A DNA stretch of 63,865 nt, the filler included, from Octopus bimaculoides (lineage: Eukaryota), in NCBI RefSeq assembly GCF_001194135.2. It is 6 parts of 5 records of this genome, joined end to end, with 100 filler letters (N's around TTAATTAATTAA, not from the genome) between each part and the next. Parts side by side here need not be neighbours in the genome. Positions count along the whole stretch, not along the records: positions 61,627 to 63,865 come from NW_026363652.1; 5 more parts are not named here. One strand, written 5' to 3'. The translations under genes and the position numbers were made by a program. The notes under the pieces are model-generated. The model made no database searches. It saw nothing but the letters and a program-made list of their open reading frames with translations, and had not been told where the DNA came from. Of this stretch, positions 62,035 through 63,865 are shown in pieces; position 1 is the stretch's first letter; each line of letters begins with the position of its first letter.

Positions 62035-63825
62035 TCTATGACATTTGTAATGTCAAGTCCTTTCTTGGATCAGAATGCTACAGTCTGGTGCAAGCAAAGT
62101 TCTGGATAAGGATTAGAGTGAAAAGAGAGAAGAGGGCCAGTCAGCACACCTCAGCATCTGAATGTCCACAAAATATCTGATGCTGTGTTGAGGAAAGAGC
62201 TTCAGACTCGCTTGTCCAGCATTGAAAATACTACAGCATGGGAANNNNNNNNNNNNNNNNNNNNNNNNNNNNNNNNNNNNNNNNNNNNNNNNNNNNNNNN
62301 NNNNNNNNNNNNNNNNNNNNNNNNNNNNNNNNNNNNNNNNNNNNNNNNNNNNNNNNNNNNNNNNNNNNNNNNNNNNNNNNNNNNNNNNNNNNNNNNNNNN
62401 NNNNNNNNNNNNNNNNNNNNNNNNNNNNNNNNNNNNNNNNNNNNNNNNNNNNNNNNNNNNNNNNNNNNNNNNNNNNNNNNNNNNNNNNNNNNNNNNNNNN
62501 NNNNNNNNNNNNNNNNNNNNNNNNNNNNNNNNNNNNNNNNNNNNNNNNNNNNNNNNNNNNNNNNNNNNNNNNNNNNNNNNNNNNNNNNNNNNNNNNNNNN
62601 NNNNNNNNNNNNNNNNNNNNNNNNNNNNNNNNNNNNNNNNNNNNNNNNNNNNNNNNNNNNNNNNNNNNNNNNNNNNNNNNNNNNNNNNNNNNNNNNNNNN
62701 NNNNNNNNNNNNNNNNNNNNNNNNNNNNNNNNNNNNNNNNNNNNNNNNNNNNNNNNNNNNNNNNNNNNNNNNNNNNNNNNNNNNNNNNNNNNNNNNNNNN
62801 NNNNNNNNNNNNNNNNNNNNNNNNNNNNNNNNNNNNNNNNNNNNNNNNNNNNNNNNNNNNNNNNNNNNNNNNNNNNNNNNNNNNNNNNNNNNNNNNNNNN
62901 NNNNNNNNNNNNNNNNNNNNNNNNNNNNNNNNNNNNNNNNNNNNNNNNNNNNNNNNNNNNNNNNNNNNNNNNNNNNNNNNNNNNNNNNNNNNNNNNNNNN
63001 NNNNNNNNNNNNNNNNNNNNNNNNNNNNNNNNNNNNNNNNNNNNNNNNNNNNNNNNNNNNNNNNNNNNNNNNNNNNNNNNNNNNNNNNNNNNNNNNNNNN
63101 NNNNNNNNNNNNNNNNNNNNNNNNNNNNNNNNNNNNNNNNNNNNNNNNNNNNNNNNNNNNNNNNNNNNNNNNNNNNNNNNNNNNNNNNNNNNNNNNNNNN
63201 NNNNNNNNNNNNNNNNNNNAATGATGTCCTATCTGAATCTCAATGTGGCTTCCGATCTAGAAGAGGGACAATGGATATGATTTTTCACAGCAAGGCAGAT
63301 GCAGAAGTGCTATGAGCAGAATATGGATCTTGTCCAGGTATTCATTGATTTAACAAAGGCCTTTGATACTGTAAATAGGGCCTCCCTATGGAAAATACTT
63401 GGCAAACTTGGATGTCCAGATCACTTTGTATCTATAATTAAATCATTCCATGATGGGATGGCGGCTTGGGTCAATGTTGGTGGTGGCATTGCAGGACCCA
63501 TTCCTGTAGAGAATGGTGTCAAGCAGGGTGACATCCTTGCCCCAACTCTCTTTTCTTTGTACTTTGCTGCTGCTGCTTGTACTCAGTCTTTTGCTAAGGT
63601 TAGCTCTCTTGGAATATATGTCACATAACGATCTTCTGGACGCCTCTTTCATCTGCACCGATTTCCTACCAATTCAAAAGATTTCCAGTCTCTTCTTCGT
63701 GACCTCCATTATGCAGATGACTGTGACTTACTCAGTCATACAGTTAATGACATGCAAATACTTATGAATCTTATTTCTGCTTCTTGCAAGATATTTGGAC
63801 TCAGCATTAACCTGGACTAGACTGT
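62035..63825 (+). mobile_element. RTE-clade LINE ORF2 (end of APE endonuclease to RT), spanning a gap
   Basis: VKSFLGSEC..LVQAKF; ESQCGFR; FIDLTKAFDTVNR; GVKQGDILAPTLFSLY; LHYADD; FGLSINL. Confidence 0.92.
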
Positions 63826-63827
63826 TG

Positions 63828-63865
<38 letters not shown>

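Overview
AT-rich, microsatellite-saturated animal DNA. The SINE/LINE complement looks like octopus, probably Octopus bimaculoides (recognised from memory of these repeats, not from a database search). The window is not one contiguous locus: five artificial 100-bp spacers (44 N + TTAATTAATTAA + 44 N) split it into six separately assembled pieces. The one confidently identifiable gene is a CEP162-like centrosomal coiled-coil gene on the minus strand. I rebuilt 13 internal exons (46939 to 25237; 1739 nt, about 579 codons) with GT-AG boundaries and consistent phases at all 12 introns; both gene ends are missing. There are also two or three orphan exon candidates. The rest is transposon-derived: a full-length dead mariner, a Tc1, RTE and R4/Dong-type LINEs, Penelope-like elements (PLEs), several SINE families, MITEs and simple repeats. 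The most interesting hidden signals are: (1) minimal type I hammerhead-ribozyme motifs in non-coding repeats, one with a fully canonical core at 27092-27131 and variants at 58781-58817 and 50617-50653; (2) a composite insertion of a duplicated CEP162 exon fragment plus a PLE inside the central microsatellite of a SINE; (3) a ~457-bp foldback palindrome built from 72-bp subrepeats; (4) an RTE copy with a twin-priming-like inversion. Exon, ribozyme, TIR and TSD coordinates were counted by hand; SINE/LINE boundaries are approximate (about +/-20 bp). No CRISPR, rRNA or genuine tRNA gene was found.
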